From positions 46,748,001-46,812,000 of the forward strand of contig OX597834.1 in NCBI GenBank assembly GCA_951406725.2: a stretch of 64,000 bases of DNA. Direction: 5' to 3'. Shown in pieces: positions 40,436 through 53,128 of this stretch. The notes under the pieces are model-generated. The model saw only the letters and a program-made list of their open reading frames with translations. It was not told where the DNA came from and made no database searches. Within the stretch, counting starts at the first letter, position 1. Every line of letters starts with the position of its first letter. Origin of the DNA: Octopus vulgaris. Taxonomy: Eukaryota. The position numbers were made by a program, and so were the translations under genes.

Positions 40436-40979
40436 TACATACATATTTATCATCCTCATCTTTTAGCATTTGACAGGTATGGCTTGATCGTCAGAGGACT
40501 GCATGATACTGCAGTGTCAGCTTTGACTTGATATAATAGACACACACACACACACAGATAGATGCATACTTGATATGTAGGACCAGTGTGAATATGTTAG
40601 GTAAACATATAGATGCATAGTCTAGATATTTGTTGTGTGTACCTGGTTGGGGATTATAAATACATACATACATAGATATGTATATGTATGTATGTGAGGT
40701 GCTTATCTCCCCTGCTTAAAAACAAAAGGGCACAGTACGCTTGTGTTACATGGCCAACGAGAAACAGTGTTTCCTGGGGCTAAATAACAGTAGCATTCTT
40801 CCTTTACTGGGACTACCACATTAAGTTGACAACATGCCATCACTATATATGTGTGTGTGTGTATACACATTATTATATTATTTAGATATATATAAGCTTG
40901 GTGTGCAGATGCTGGCTTCACGTATACAAACACATTGTAAAGAATTTAGCTCCATATGTAGAGACTATGGGAGTAAATA

Positions 40980-41027
<48 letters not shown>

Positions 41028-41059
41028 CATACATACATAAGGTAGGGAATCCATACATT

Positions 41060-41900
41060 TGGGTCATCCCATAAATAATGCATTTTTTATACTTCTTTTA
41101 CTTTTCAAAATTAAGATAAACAAAGTTCTTTTTTAATCTTCATTTACTACAATGCTCCTCTGTCTGTCTGGTAGACTTGCAAGGCCCATCTTCCAAAATT
41201 CACTCGTCTGTGATGAAAATTACTCTTCTAGTACTATTGACCTCATCTACAGGATTCATATCTTTTCCATCCAAATATTTTGAAGACTGCGGAATAAATG
41301 ATAATCAGATGGGGCAATGTCCAGCAAATACGCTGGGTGGGATATCATTTCCCATTCAAACTATTTCAGCCTTTGGAATGTTCTCCTCACTGCATGTGGC
41401 CGAGCATTATCCTGATGGAAGAACACCTTTCATCTTGAAACCAAAGATGGTCATTTTTTGATGGCCTGTAGGTGTTGATGAATGGTTGAATGACAAAATC
41501 CAAGCTTCTCTGTTAGTTCATCAACAGTTATGATGGGATTTTGTTCCAGTAGGGTTTGCAGGACATCCTTGTTGAGCTCTTCAGATCTTCCAGGACAAAG
41601 TTCGTCTTCTAGGCTGTAGTTTCCTACTTGGAATTTCTGGAACCACCATTGACACTGGCTTACTCTTACTGACCGATTCCCATATACTGCATTAATATTC
41701 CTCGTACTTTCCATTGCGTTGTTGCTTTTATTGAACTCATAAAGCAAAATATGCCGAATATGCTCCTTTGTTACATCCATTATAGCTTTGAAAAAATAAC
41801 AGCTAAAATCGAACTGCACTCTTCAAAACTTGCACTAAGAATAAGGACAAGGTAAAATTACTACCTGCTTTTATAGCAAGTTGATGGAGGTAGTTTATCC
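41060..41900 (-). mobile_element. Internally deleted mariner (DD34D-type) transposon
   Basis: The N-terminal HTH region MDVTKEHIRHILLYEF..WFQKFQVGNYSLED is joined directly to the C-terminal QDNARPH..HPAY..DIAPSDYHLFRSLQ. Confidence 0.85.
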
Positions 41901-42726
41901 TGCCCCCTTTCAACTGATGACTCCCCCCACCACTTTTGTACAATGCATGTGGTCACGATCTTCTCTAGAAGAAGCCGATTCTGGTATCTACTTTCATACT
42001 TTAACCATTCGTCACCCAGCATAAACATGCCTCTCTCTCTCTCTCTCTCTCTCTGCTATATCCTTACTTAGTCAAGGGCTATCTAGTGCTGGTGTCACAA
42101 AAAAGCACCCAGTTGAATTTGCAAGGTGGTTAGTGCTGGGAAGGACATCCATCTGTAGAGATTATGCCATCTATGGACGTAAGACAGACAGACAGACCCC
42201 TAGTTTTTGTTTAGACACCTCTGTAGGAGAAAGAAAACTTTGATGTAACACCTGTAATTTCATTTGCTCCAATGACACAGACAAGTTCTTTTTGGACAAA
42301 TCTATATCTTGTCTAGAGAGAGGGATCGGCCTTATGCAAGGCCTTTCTTCACTTTAAAAAGCTTCAGGCACAGATATCTCTTGATTCTTTAACATTTTTA
42401 TTATGTTTTGCATACTATGGCTGGCTATAGTTAAGAATAGCAAACCACCCAATGGAAAATTCCATGACGGAATCAAGGCATGTGCTACAATGGGAGGTAA
42501 TTTCTCTGAACACTTACTGTAAGATTTTGCCCACTTGTGCCAAAGACTGTAGGTCCATAGCAGGGCTGAAAAACCCTGGCTTGCTGTAAAGGAACAGTCA
42601 AGTGATGTCATTGCTCGAAATTGAATTGCAGCCATATATATAGATATATATATATATATAATCTTTTTTATTTTGTAATGAGATAAAAAACCAAGGCTGT
42701 GTAGATTTTAGAACATTTATAGATAG

Positions 42727-42774
42727 GTCTTACAGTTGTTTCCAGGATATTTATTATATCCCTTCATCGGAGAC
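42727..42774 (-). ncRNA. Hammerhead-like motif (U4C variant) in a relative of the 31.9 kb element
   Basis: Reverse complement: gtct-CCGATGA-agggatat-aataa-atatcctg-GAAAC-aact-GTA-agac. The flank aaccaaggct is shared with the 31.9 kb element. Confidence 0.55.
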
Positions 42775-43019
42775 GTGAGAAGATGGTTAAATAGTCAATT
42801 TAGATAAGATATAAAATAGAGAAAGAGGTGGAGAAAATAAAAGAAAATAGATGTGAGATATGTAGGGATATTGCATTTGTAGATCTCTTTTTTTAGGCAG
42901 AATGGTATACATATAATATTCCAATACCTTATGAGTGAAATCCAATAGAATTTAAAATTAGTCATTTCAAGTATTGAGTTTATACTCAGTGTTATTGAAT
43001 CAAGGGTTATATATATATC

Positions 43020-43995
43020 CTCATCATCATTTAACGTCTGCTTTCCATGGGTTGGGGGGTTTGATTGAGGACTGGTAAGCCAGAAGGCTGCACCAGGCTC
43101 AATCTAATCTGGTGAAGTTTCTACAGCTGGATGCCCTTCCTAATGCCAACCACTCCAAGAGTGTAGTGGGTGCTTTTTTTACGTGCCACCGGCATGTGGG
43201 CCAGTCAGGCGGTTCTAGTAACGACCATGCTCAAAGGTGTTTTTACGTGCTACCTGCATGGGAGCCAGTCCGGCAGCACTAGCAATGACCATGCTCAAGA
43301 CTACTGGCAGGATCAACCAGGTGATATATATATATATCATCATCATCATCATCATTTAGCGTCCGCTTTCCATGCTAGCATGGGTTGGACGGGTCAACTG
43401 GGGTCTGTGAAGCTGGAAGGCTTCGTCAGGCCCAGTCAGATCTGGCAGTGTTTCTACGGCTGGATGCCCTTCCTAACGCCAACCACTCCGCGAGTGTAGT
43501 GGGTGCTTTTTACGTGCCACCTGCACAGGTGCCAGACAGAGCTGGCGAACAGCCACGAACGGATGGTGCTTTTACGTGTCACCGGCACGGGGCCAGGCGA
43601 TGCTGGCAACGGACACGAACGGATGGTGCTTTTACGTGCCACCGACACAGGGCCAGACAGAGCTGGCAAACAGCCACGAACGGACGGTGCTTTTACGTGT
43701 CACCGGCACGGGGGCCAGCCAGGCTGGCAACGGACACGAATGGATGGTGCTTTTACGTGCCACCGACACGGGGCCAGACAGAGCTGGCAAACGGCCACGA
43801 ACGGACGGTGCTTTTACGTGTCACCGGCACAGGGCCAGGCGAGGCTGGCAACGAACACGAACGGATGGTGCTTTTACATGCCACCGACATGGGGGCCAGG
43901 CAGAGCTGGCAAATGGCCACGAGCGAATGGTGCTTTTACGTATCACCGGCACGGGTGCCAGACGAGGCTGCCAGCGGACACGAACGGATGGGTCA
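43020..43995 (-). mobile_element. Two tandem RTE 3'-end copies; the second carries an expanded ~60-bp repeat array (43500-43995)
   Basis: (CAT)n tails at 43020 and 43337, and about 8 units of ggtgcttttacgtg(c/t)cacc... Confidence 0.88.
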
Positions 43996-45959
43996 CTTAA
44001 CTCCTGCTTTCTGATATATGATTTTATATATATACACAATGGGGAAATTGTACAAAATGGATGATGATGAGTAAAGCACCGACAGTTTCGATCACCTGTT
44101 GTTATTCAGAGATTTATTGCAGGAACTTCGTAGTGGCAGTTGGGGTAACAGTACTAATAAAATAGGAAATGGAATGTGTAACAGACTTTATATATATATA
44201 TATATACACACACACATATATATATTCATATATGCATATATATGTTAATGTATATTTATATAATGTTTGTGTGTGTGCAAGTATTTATCTATATAAATTT
44301 GAGTGTGTATGTGTATATATATATATTCACAGACATATGCATATACAAATGTAAGTACACATATATGCATGTGTAATCAAAAAGAGGGATTCTTTGATAA
44401 TTAAGTTTCTCCTTCTCCCTATAAAACAATAACAACAAGAATAACAATAATAAATACATGAATCTATAGACAAAGCCAAAAATCAGAAATTGTTTTGTTT
44501 GTGTTTTCTAAAAAGGAAAAAAACAGGAAAGAAAAACAATGAGAGGGGGAGGGAGAAGATTAAAGTCCATATTGACAAGTGTGATTTGGAAAGAAAGGGA
44601 CACACACACACACACACACATCACATATATACATGCATAATTAATGCACACCAAACATACACTCACACACAACACAACATATACACCCATGCACAGATAC
44701 ACATCAAATAGAGCACATATTCAGATTACACACTAACATATACACAAACGCCACACACACGCATACATGCATAACAAATGCACCTGCACACCATACATAC
44801 ACACACCACGTAGAGAACATAATCACATACACACAAACACCACACATACACACACACAACATATACATCCACGCACACACACAGAGCATGTGTTCACCAC
44901 ACATATTACACACACTCACACAATACATATACATACACCCTCCCACACAGACTTTATGAATATATTGATCACTGATCGGTGATGGTAGGTGATATTTTGG
45001 ATGTGATTGGCCCTGAATTATTATTACATTGGAAACTGCAAGTGATCAAAAAACACAAAAAAACAATCTTCACAGGGTGGAGGTGATTGGGAGTGGGGTG
45101 GTGGCTGGGATGTAAAAAAAATACCAATAAATCAATAATTTTGATGTTGAAATACATCAATAATAAGGTACACCATTGTGGTATGACATTGTGGTCAATA
45201 TTACTGGTGGTGGTCGTGGCAGTGATGGTCTTAGGAAGAAGAATGGTCTTGTTTCAGGTGTTGTTGTTTAGCCACAGGTCAGTGTTTTGTTCATCTGGTT
45301 GGTTATTTTTTTTTATTGTCTTCTAGGCATTGTGTAGCCTGGACTACACTATCCAATGTGTCCTTCCTAGTTTTCTATATTTAAGACAGTAGAGGGTGTG
45401 TACATTGGATTGAGGAAAATTTGTTATTTCTAGTGCAATCAATGACAAAGTACAGGCTTCTTTGTTGTTGGTGGTGGTGGCAGTGGTGGTGGTTTTTATG
45501 GCATTGTCATTTAACCCCAGGTCACTGTTGATCAACAGTTTTATGATCAAAAATAATCAAGCTCTGATCATCATAGCTTTTTTTTTTGGGGGGGGTGTAA
45601 CTTAGACTACATTATCTAATGTATCCTTCAAGTATTTTTTCAAGAAGTGAGAGATTTGGTTACTATTTCTTGCAGATCGTGTGGCCATGTAGAAGATCCC
45701 TCAGTAATAGTGATGTTGGTGGTGATAGTGTGGCAGTGGTGGTGATGACGATGATTATTATTATTATTATGATGATGATGATGATGATGAATCCTAGTTC
45801 AGGCCAGATCCAACAGATCAATAATCAAAAGTGTTCCAGATATGATCATCCAGTTTGACAAAGACACAATTCACTGAGTTAAACAAACAGAAACCTTACT
45901 CAGGCCCTGGTCCTTGAGAACCTCTCAGGTGCAGATACATGATCTATCATGACAAACAA

Positions 45960-46129
45960 TAGGTGCAGGCATGGCTGTGCAGCTGAGAAGCTTGCGTCCC
46001 AACCATGTGGTCTCGGGTTCAGTCCTCCTTTGCAGCACCCAAGGCAAGTATCTTTCACTATAGCCCTTGGCTAACCAAAGCCTCTTGAGCAGAGTTAATT
46101 GATGGAAACTGATACATACATATATATAT

Positions 46130-46172
<43 letters not shown>

Positions 46173-47240
46173 CACACACACACGTGTATGTGTGTGTTCA
46201 ATTATCTACATAATTGCCTCTATGCCTGCTCAACTCATAGCCTTTCTTTATCTTGTGGAATGATCGCTTGTAAAGACATCAGTCTAAGTTTGAATCTTTT
46301 GAGCACTACAAGGTATCTTTTATATGGAGAAACTCTGGGTATCATCTGTGAAGTGTGTGTGTGTGTGTCCTTGTCTCAACATCACATGAAGGTTGTAAAT
46401 AGTGTGCCACTTGTTTCCAGTCTTCTGTGAAAAACATGTCTGGGCATAGGAAACAAGTAAAGATTGGCGACAGGAACTTGTTTCAATCATTAGATAGGGG
46501 CCATACTGGAGCACCACTTTGAAGAACTGTAGTCAAACAAATTGAGCCCAGTACATTTTTATTTTATTTATTTTTGTAAGCCTGGTACTGATTCTGTTGG
46601 TCTCTTTTGCTGAATCACTAAGTCACAGAGATGAAAACACACCAACACTTACAGAAAGACACACACACACACATTCTTTTATTCTTTTATTTGTTTCAGT
46701 CATTTGACTGCAGCCATGCTGGAGCACTGCCTTAAAAAGTTTTAGTCAAAGAAATCAACCCCAGCACTTATTCTATCAGGCTCTTTTGTTGAACTGCTAA
46801 GTTACAGGGACATAAACACACCAGCATCGATTGTCAAGTGATGGCAGGGGGACAAACACGGACACACACACGCACACAAATATATCATCATCATCATTGT
46901 TTAACGTCCGTTTTCCATGCTAGCATGGGTTGGACTATATATATATATGTATGTTTGTTTGTATGTATCTGAGTGTAAAATTTATAAGAAAGACCCAAGG
47001 GAATAATTACAAGGTAGCTAAATGTTGCTTAAGTGTCCCATGAAACAATGATCACACTTGTGTGTGATTTGATTCCAGAATAAGTAAGTCATATACGATG
47101 GGCTTCTTTCAGTTTCTGTCTACCAAATCCACTCACTTGGTTTGGTTGGCCCAAGACACCTGCCTAAGGTTCCATACTGTGGAACTAAACCCAGAACCAT
47201 ATGGTTGGAATGCAAGCTTCTTACCACACAGCCACAGCCA
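45960..47240. mobile_element. Cluster of SINE A and RTE-end fragments in both orientations
   Basis: Partial matches at ~45960-46115 (+), 46500-46640 (-), 46672-46870 (-), 46885-46936 (-) and 47095-47240 (-). Confidence 0.7.
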
Positions 47241-47245
47241 CACCT

Positions 47246-47282
<37 letters not shown>

Positions 47283-47330
47283 ATTGATAAAAGCTGATAG
47301 GCGCAATATAAAACTATATAGGAAAAAATT

Positions 47331-47921
47331 AATCACCCCTAATTGTGGCTGGTGGAGGCACATGACTTAGTTTTTCAAACTGCAGACTCGCAGTTGAGGG
47401 ATCACGGATTCGAATCGCAGACCAGGTGATGTGTGTGTTTATGAGCAAAACACCTAAGCCCCACATGACACATGGCCAGAAGGTGGTGGTGAACTTCTGC
47501 TGACACTTTCTCTCACTCTTTCCTCCTCTCCTGCATCTAGCAGCTCACCTGTGACAGATCAATGTTTCATCCAGGTGAGGACCCTATACGCCAATGAAAC
47601 CAAGAAACCAGCCCTTATGAGCCAAGAATGAACAAACAACAACAAACAAACAAAACAATTGTGACTGAGGATGCTGAGAACACTTATATTGCAAGGAATA
47701 AGGGTTAAAACTCTTCAAGCTGCGTGAAAAGCACATTTGTATCTACTGCTAGTGGGGTCCAGCTGTTCCATCAAATCGATGGAGTGACATCGTTGATGAG
47801 TCCTAAAGGAAGGGATGAAGCCAGTTCGGTGTTTCTAGCTTTGCTCATGCAGTTTTAAGGGTTTTAACTCTCTTGCAATATAGGTGCTCTCAGCAACCCC
47901 AGTTTCAATTAGTGATGATTG
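47331..47921. mobile_element. Imperfect long hairpin element, interrupted by the SINE, enclosing a decayed hammerhead-like motif (47786-47833 +)
   Basis: 47656-47735 pairs with ~47838-47910. The motif is gacatcg-TTGATGA-gtcc..ggat-GAAG-cca-GTT-cggtgtt. Confidence 0.55.
47352..47656 (+). mobile_element. tRNA(Arg)-like SINE with (AAAC)n tail and an imperfect 11-bp TSD
   Basis: Homologous to 52830-53128. The flanks are aattgtggctg / aattgtgactg. Confidence 0.8.
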
Positions 47922-47927
47922 CAATTG

Positions 47928-48212
47928 AAAGAATGTTGTGTAAAGCTGGAACAATGCACAAAGGTAGAAAGTAAACTACAAAATGGAAAGAAAACAGGAG
48001 AAAGTTGCAGTTTAACCTTGTATTTCTATATTTTGGGATGGAGACCTCTTCTTCAGGACATTTAGAAAAGTGGTGGTCAGAGAAAGTTTGTTGCTCACCC
48101 TGGAAATATAGAAATACAAGGTTAAACTGCAGCTTTGTTCTGTTTTCTTTACATTTTGTAGTTTACTTTGTATTTTCATGCATTGTTTCACCTTTACACA
48201 GCAACATTCTTT
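47928..48212. mobile_element. Fold-back element with ~105-bp inverted arms
   Basis: 47928-48033 pairs with 48106-48212. The loop has CTGAAGA on the minus strand. Confidence 0.7.
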
Positions 48213-48246
48213 AAAGTTATACCTCACAATACTTCACAAAAACTGA

Positions 48247-48735
48247 GGCAAGTGAAATCGAATTCGAATTCGATGACTGGCATCTGTACTAGTGGAGTGC
48301 TAAGAGCACCATCCAAGCATGATCGTTGCCTGAGCAGCTAACCAGCTGCCGTGCCAGTGGCACGTAAAAAGCACCATTCAAGTATGATCATTACTAGCAT
48401 CGCCTTACTGGCACTTGTACCAGTGGCACGTGAAAAAAACATTCGAACGAGGTTGTTGCCAGTGTCGTTGGACTGGCTCCTGTGCAAGTGGCACGTAAAA
48501 AACACCATTTGAATGTGGCTGTTGCCAGTACCGTCTGATTGGCCCTCATGCCAGTGGCACATAAAAGCAGCCACTACACTCTCAGAGTGGTTGGCGTTAG
48601 GAAGGGCATCCAGCTGTAGAAACTGCGAGATCAAGATTGGAGCCTGGTGCAGCCATCTGGTTCGCCAGGCCTCAGTCAAATCATCCAACTCATGCTAGCA
48701 TGGAAAGGAGATGTTAAACGATGGGGATGATGTAT
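48247..48735 (+). mobile_element. RTE 3' UTR/3'-end copy with diverged ~65-bp units
   Basis: gaggcaagtgaaatcgaa..gtggcacgtaaaaa units..ggttggcgttaggaagggcatccagc. Confidence 0.85.
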
Positions 48736-49145
48736 AAATACAATCGACTTTAACTTTCTATCTAAAATCCACTTGTAAGGCTTTGGTTGGCTTGAGGCAA
48801 TAATAGTAGAAGATACTTGCCCAAGTTGTCATACAGAGGGACTGAACCTGGAACACTGTAGTTAGGAAGTGAACTTGTTACCAGACAACCGATCCTGCAT
48901 CTGTGTGTTTGTGTGTGTGTGCACAAATACAGATGCAAATATATATTTACATGCAAATATCAGTGTCCATATTCTCTTTGTTGTTGTGCACATCAAATAA
49001 CAAAGGGCCACACCGGGTGGGAAGGCATTGTACTGAAACAGCTTCTCCAATCCATGCCAACACGGATTACGTTTGTGAGAATATGTACGTGTGTGTATAT
49101 ATGCATTCTTATATATTTATATATTATGCATTTACACACACATAC

Positions 49146-49179
<34 letters not shown>

Positions 49180-49904
49180 TCAGTCTTAGAATGTACGGAT
49201 CGTTAAGTTGGTCTTGGTATTGTTGAAATTATAGGCGTGTAAGATGTAGTTATTTCTTATCAACAAGTCGCTCATCCATTATCCATTCCGGTAGACTGGT
49301 CCATTCATCAGTCTGTTGTAACATCAATTCGTTCAACCTGAAACATTCTTTTTTCAATAAATATATTCTGACAGAGACATAGGAAAAACATGAAAAAAAT
49401 ATTTCCTGAAAGAAAAAGTGAAGAAAAAAAAAACCGAGACCATTAAATTGTGAGCGGTCATTTTATGTAATGTCTACCCTGATTATCTTCACCATGGGTT
49501 TACACTTAATTCTTCAACAATAGCAATAATTCCGTCATTCGTTTGTTTGTAAGTATTGTGTGTGATTGGCTTTCATCTGTAGTGCCATCTTTTCTGATTC
49601 AAAGGAACTGGCAAACCTACAAGATTCTTCTTTATACTTTTGTTGTAGTTATATAATAATATTGTATCTTGGGAGGGTCATTATGCTAATTATAAACACG
49701 TGGTCAGGTTCAATTTCTCTTCTTCACTGTTATTTGTCAATTGATTTGTGTCAAGTCAGACCTGAAGCTGACCTGGAGTAGAAAGGGCATGGTGCTGTAG
49801 AGATTGGGAATGGCAGCAAAAGAACTTATTGATTGATTAACCAAATGAATGAAACAATTGATTAGTTTGATGGTTAAATGATAATAATAATAATTTCATC
49901 ATTT

Positions 49905-51465
49905 CATCATTTAATTTAACATCTCTGTTCCATGCTGGTAGTTTGATTGGAACTGGTAAGCCAGAGGCATCAGGCTCTGGTCTGTTTTAGCTTGGTTTCT
50001 ATGGCTGGATGCCCTCCCTGATGCCAACCACTCTATGGAGTGTACAGGGTGCCTTTTACATGTCACTGGTTCAGGTGTCTTTTGCATGTCACTGGCACTG
50101 GCTGAAGCTGCAATTTCACTTAGCTTAGCATGTCTTCTCAAGCTTACCAGCCACATGGTTCCAGGTTCAGTCCCACTGTGTGGCACCTTGGGCAAGTGTC
50201 TTCTACTATAGCCTCGGGCTGAACAAAGCCTTGTGAGTGGATTTGGTAGACGGAAACTGAAAGAAGCCTGTCATATATATGTATATACATATGTATGTGT
50301 GTGTATATGTTTGTGTATCTGTGTTTGTCCCCCCCCCCCCCAACATCGCTTGACAACCAGTGCTGGTGTGTTTACATCCCCGTAACTTGGCAGTTCAGCA
50401 AAAGAGACTGATAGAATAAGTACTAGGCTTACAAAGAATAAGTCCTGGGGTCGATTTGGTCGAATAAAGGCGGTGCTCCAGCATGGCTGCAGTCAAATGA
50501 CAGAAACAAGTAAAAGAGTAAAGAGTAATAATAATAATGGTTTGATATTTTTCCGCCAGGGCAACAGTTTTGCGGGAGGGGGGATGAGTCGATTACATTG
50601 ACCCCAGTCTTTAACTGTTACTTGTTTTATTGACCTGAAAGGATGAAAGGCAAAGTCAACCTCAGTGGAATTTGAACTCAGAATGTAGTAACAGGCAAAA
50701 TAATGCGGTCTGAAATTATGGGTGAGGGGACCAGTCAATTACATCAACCCTGGAGTTTCACTGGTACTTAATTTATAGACCCCGAAAGGATAGAAGGGAA
50801 AGTCAACCACGGAGGAATTTGAACTCAGAACATAGCTAGAGATGAAGTATCACTAAGCATTTCGTCCGGCGTGCTAATGATTCTGTCACTCACCATGTTA
50901 ATAATAATAATGATAAAAATGATGATAATAATCCTCTCTACTATAGGCACTAGGCCTGAAATTTTGGGAGAAGGTGGCTAGCCAATTGCATTAACCCCAG
51001 TGTGAATAATATTAAGGAAGTGAAATTGAACCAGTGTGGTTGTTTATTGTTGGCATAATGACCCTACTAAGATACAACAAAATCTTTTCCAATACAGAAG
51101 TTCATATCAAGAAATAAGCAAACTAAAAAAAAAAAATAAAATATAATACTGACTTGATGAGCAAATGAAAGTATGTACTTGCCAAGCAAACCCCTCTTAT
51201 ATGAGGCCGTCATTTGAAACTAGAACAATTACAGCATGGGAAACACGTTTTGGTTTCAAATTTTGGCACAAGCCCAGCACTTTGGGGGAAGGGATAAGTT
51301 GATAAGCTTGACCCGAGTGCTCAACTGGTACTTATTTTATCAACCCTGAAAAAATAAAAGAGCAAATTTGACCTCAGTGGAATTTGAACTCAGAATGTAA
51401 AAGCAGATGAAATGCTGCTGAACATGTTGCCCCTGCAATGCTAGTGATTCTACTAGCTTTCTGTC
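49905..51465. mobile_element. Cluster: RTE end (-), SINE A (50140-50525 +), SINE B copies (50535-50900 and 51250-51465, -)
   Basis: Homology to the other copies in the window. Confidence 0.8.
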
Positions 51466-51789
51466 TTCTAAGAAATACATATTAACCATTGACAAATGCA
51501 CAATCACTGTTAGCTTCACTTAAAAGCAAACTGCTCATAGACAACTCTGTTACGGCAGAACAGTGTCAGTAACTGGGTTGCAGCTGGAGCAGTGAACATT
51601 TTGACACTAAATAAAAAAATGTTTAAATGGAGTGTCTTCGTGTATTTTTGAATAACTAATACACATCTTCTACATTTAATCATTTTATAAATATTTGATA
51701 AATTCCATTTTTGTTATGCATATATTTCATAAATTTTTATAAATGTATTTCATTTTAAAAATTTCAATTTTGTGTATAATTTCATCCCT

Positions 51790-52350
51790 ATACTTGAGTT
51801 TATTTAAAGTGTAGATCTTAAATTTCTTTGTGGAACATTTTGAGTGTCTTTCTGATTTTGTTCCATGGTTGAGTTTGTTTAAAGCATAACTCTCAATCTT
51901 GTTTCATTCTGTGAAATATTTTGATTGTCTTCCTTTCTATTCCATACTTAAGCTTCTTTAACCCTTTAGTGTTCACATTATTCTGCCAAAATTAATGCTA
52001 TTTTATCCAAATTGTTTTGAACTAATCATGCATTATCTTGTAGCTATGAGATTTTGATGAGGTAGCTGTTAATTTTTAAAACAATATTGTAGGGTTGGTG
52101 TGAGAGACCAGATCTGGCCAGTTTGAACATAAAACAGGCAGAATACTTTTGGCCAGATATGGCCGGTTTAAATGCTAAAGGGTTAAAGCATAACACTCAA
52201 ACTCCTTTCATTGTGTGAAACATTTTGATTGTATCTTGATTTCGTTCTATGATTGACTTTGTTTTGAAGCATAACTTGTTTTATTATGTCTCTAATTTTA
52301 TTCCATAGTTAGGCCTATTTAAAACATGACACTCAAACTTGTTTCATTAC
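51790..52350. repeat. Degenerate ~80-bp AT-rich tandem repeat, interrupted by a MITE
   Basis: agcataac..tttcatt..ttttga(g/t)tgt..ttccat recurs at ~79-81-bp spacing once the MITE is removed. Confidence 0.65.
51962..52182. mobile_element. piggyBac-like MITE with TTAA target-site duplication
   Basis: TTAA|CCCTTTAG...CTAAAGGG|TTAA. Removing it restores the repeat unit tttaaagcataac. Confidence 0.85.
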
Positions 52351-52829
52351 ACTCACAACCTGTCCAATCTATGCTACAAAGCTAACTATGACTCATAGGC
52401 CCAATATCATTATTATAAAAGTCCATAGTTGTGACCTTTGTTTTCTGCCAGTTCGCATACCAAGGCACAAAATTGAGTGCAGGTATATAATGCACTAACT
52501 GTTGCCTTCCCTTTTCCTTAGTCTTCACAACTGGGACCCTACTTCATTTATTAGAAATGACATCATTCTATATATCAGACAGAGCTTCTATCAACTATTC
52601 TTTTGTGGGCTTAAGAAGACAATTCCCCATTGTATCCCAAAAGCAAGGAGGTACTGCTTTTTGTAATACACGTCTCCCATGTCTTTTCCTTTTCCATGAT
52701 TTGATCTAAACTAAATAGTTCTTTTTAGCTAGCAATGGTAAAAAAACTACTGCAATGGTACTAAAACTGCTGCCAAAACTTAATATTTCTAACGTTTCCA
52801 CCTAAACTTTTCTCTACTTTGTATAGATT

Positions 52830-53128
52830 GTTTGTTTGTTCCTTCTCGAGCCATGCCTGTCTCATAAGGGCTGGTTTCCTTGGCATATAGGTTCCCCACC
52901 TGGATGGGACGCCAGTCTGTCACAGGTGATCTGCAAGATGCAGGAGGAAAGAATGAGAAAAAGTTGTGGCGAAAGAGTCAGCAGAAGTTCGGCATTACCT
53001 TCTGCCAGAGCCATGTGGAGCTTAGGTGTTTCGCTCATAAACACACACATCGCCCAGTCTGAGATTCGAACCCATGATCCCTCGACCACGAGTCCACTGC
53101 TCTAACCACTAGGCCATGTGCCTCTACC
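52830..53128 (-). mobile_element. tRNA(Arg)-like SINE with 10-bp TSD
   Basis: The reverse-complement head is tggcctagtggttagagcagtggactcgtggtcg..gggttcgaatc. tgtatagatt lies on both sides (52820, 53129). Confidence 0.85.

Noticed and set aside
42354-42635. 93-aa non-repetitive ORF
   Set aside because: No recognisable motif or splice support; the length is compatible with chance.
43500-43995. CRISPR-like repeat/spacer appearance (also 19800-20200)
   Set aside because: The 'spacers' are homologous to each other, the array lies in a LINE 3' UTR, there are no cas genes, and the context is eukaryotic.
44070-44150. Hammerhead-like GAAAC-t-GTC on the minus strand
   Set aside because: The core lacks G5 and the stems pair poorly, so it cannot be distinguished from chance.
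49270-49315. CTGATGA on the minus strand in the candidate exon
   Set aside because: No stem II, GAAA or NUH arrangement follows.
51790-52350. Possible C2H2 zinc-finger array from the ~80-bp periodicity
   Set aside because: The period is 79-81 bp rather than 84, stops are frequent, and there is no CxxC/HxxxH pattern.
53050-53125. tRNA-Arg gene
   Set aside because: The tRNA-like head continues into a SINE body with a tail and TSD, and the acceptor stem is incomplete.
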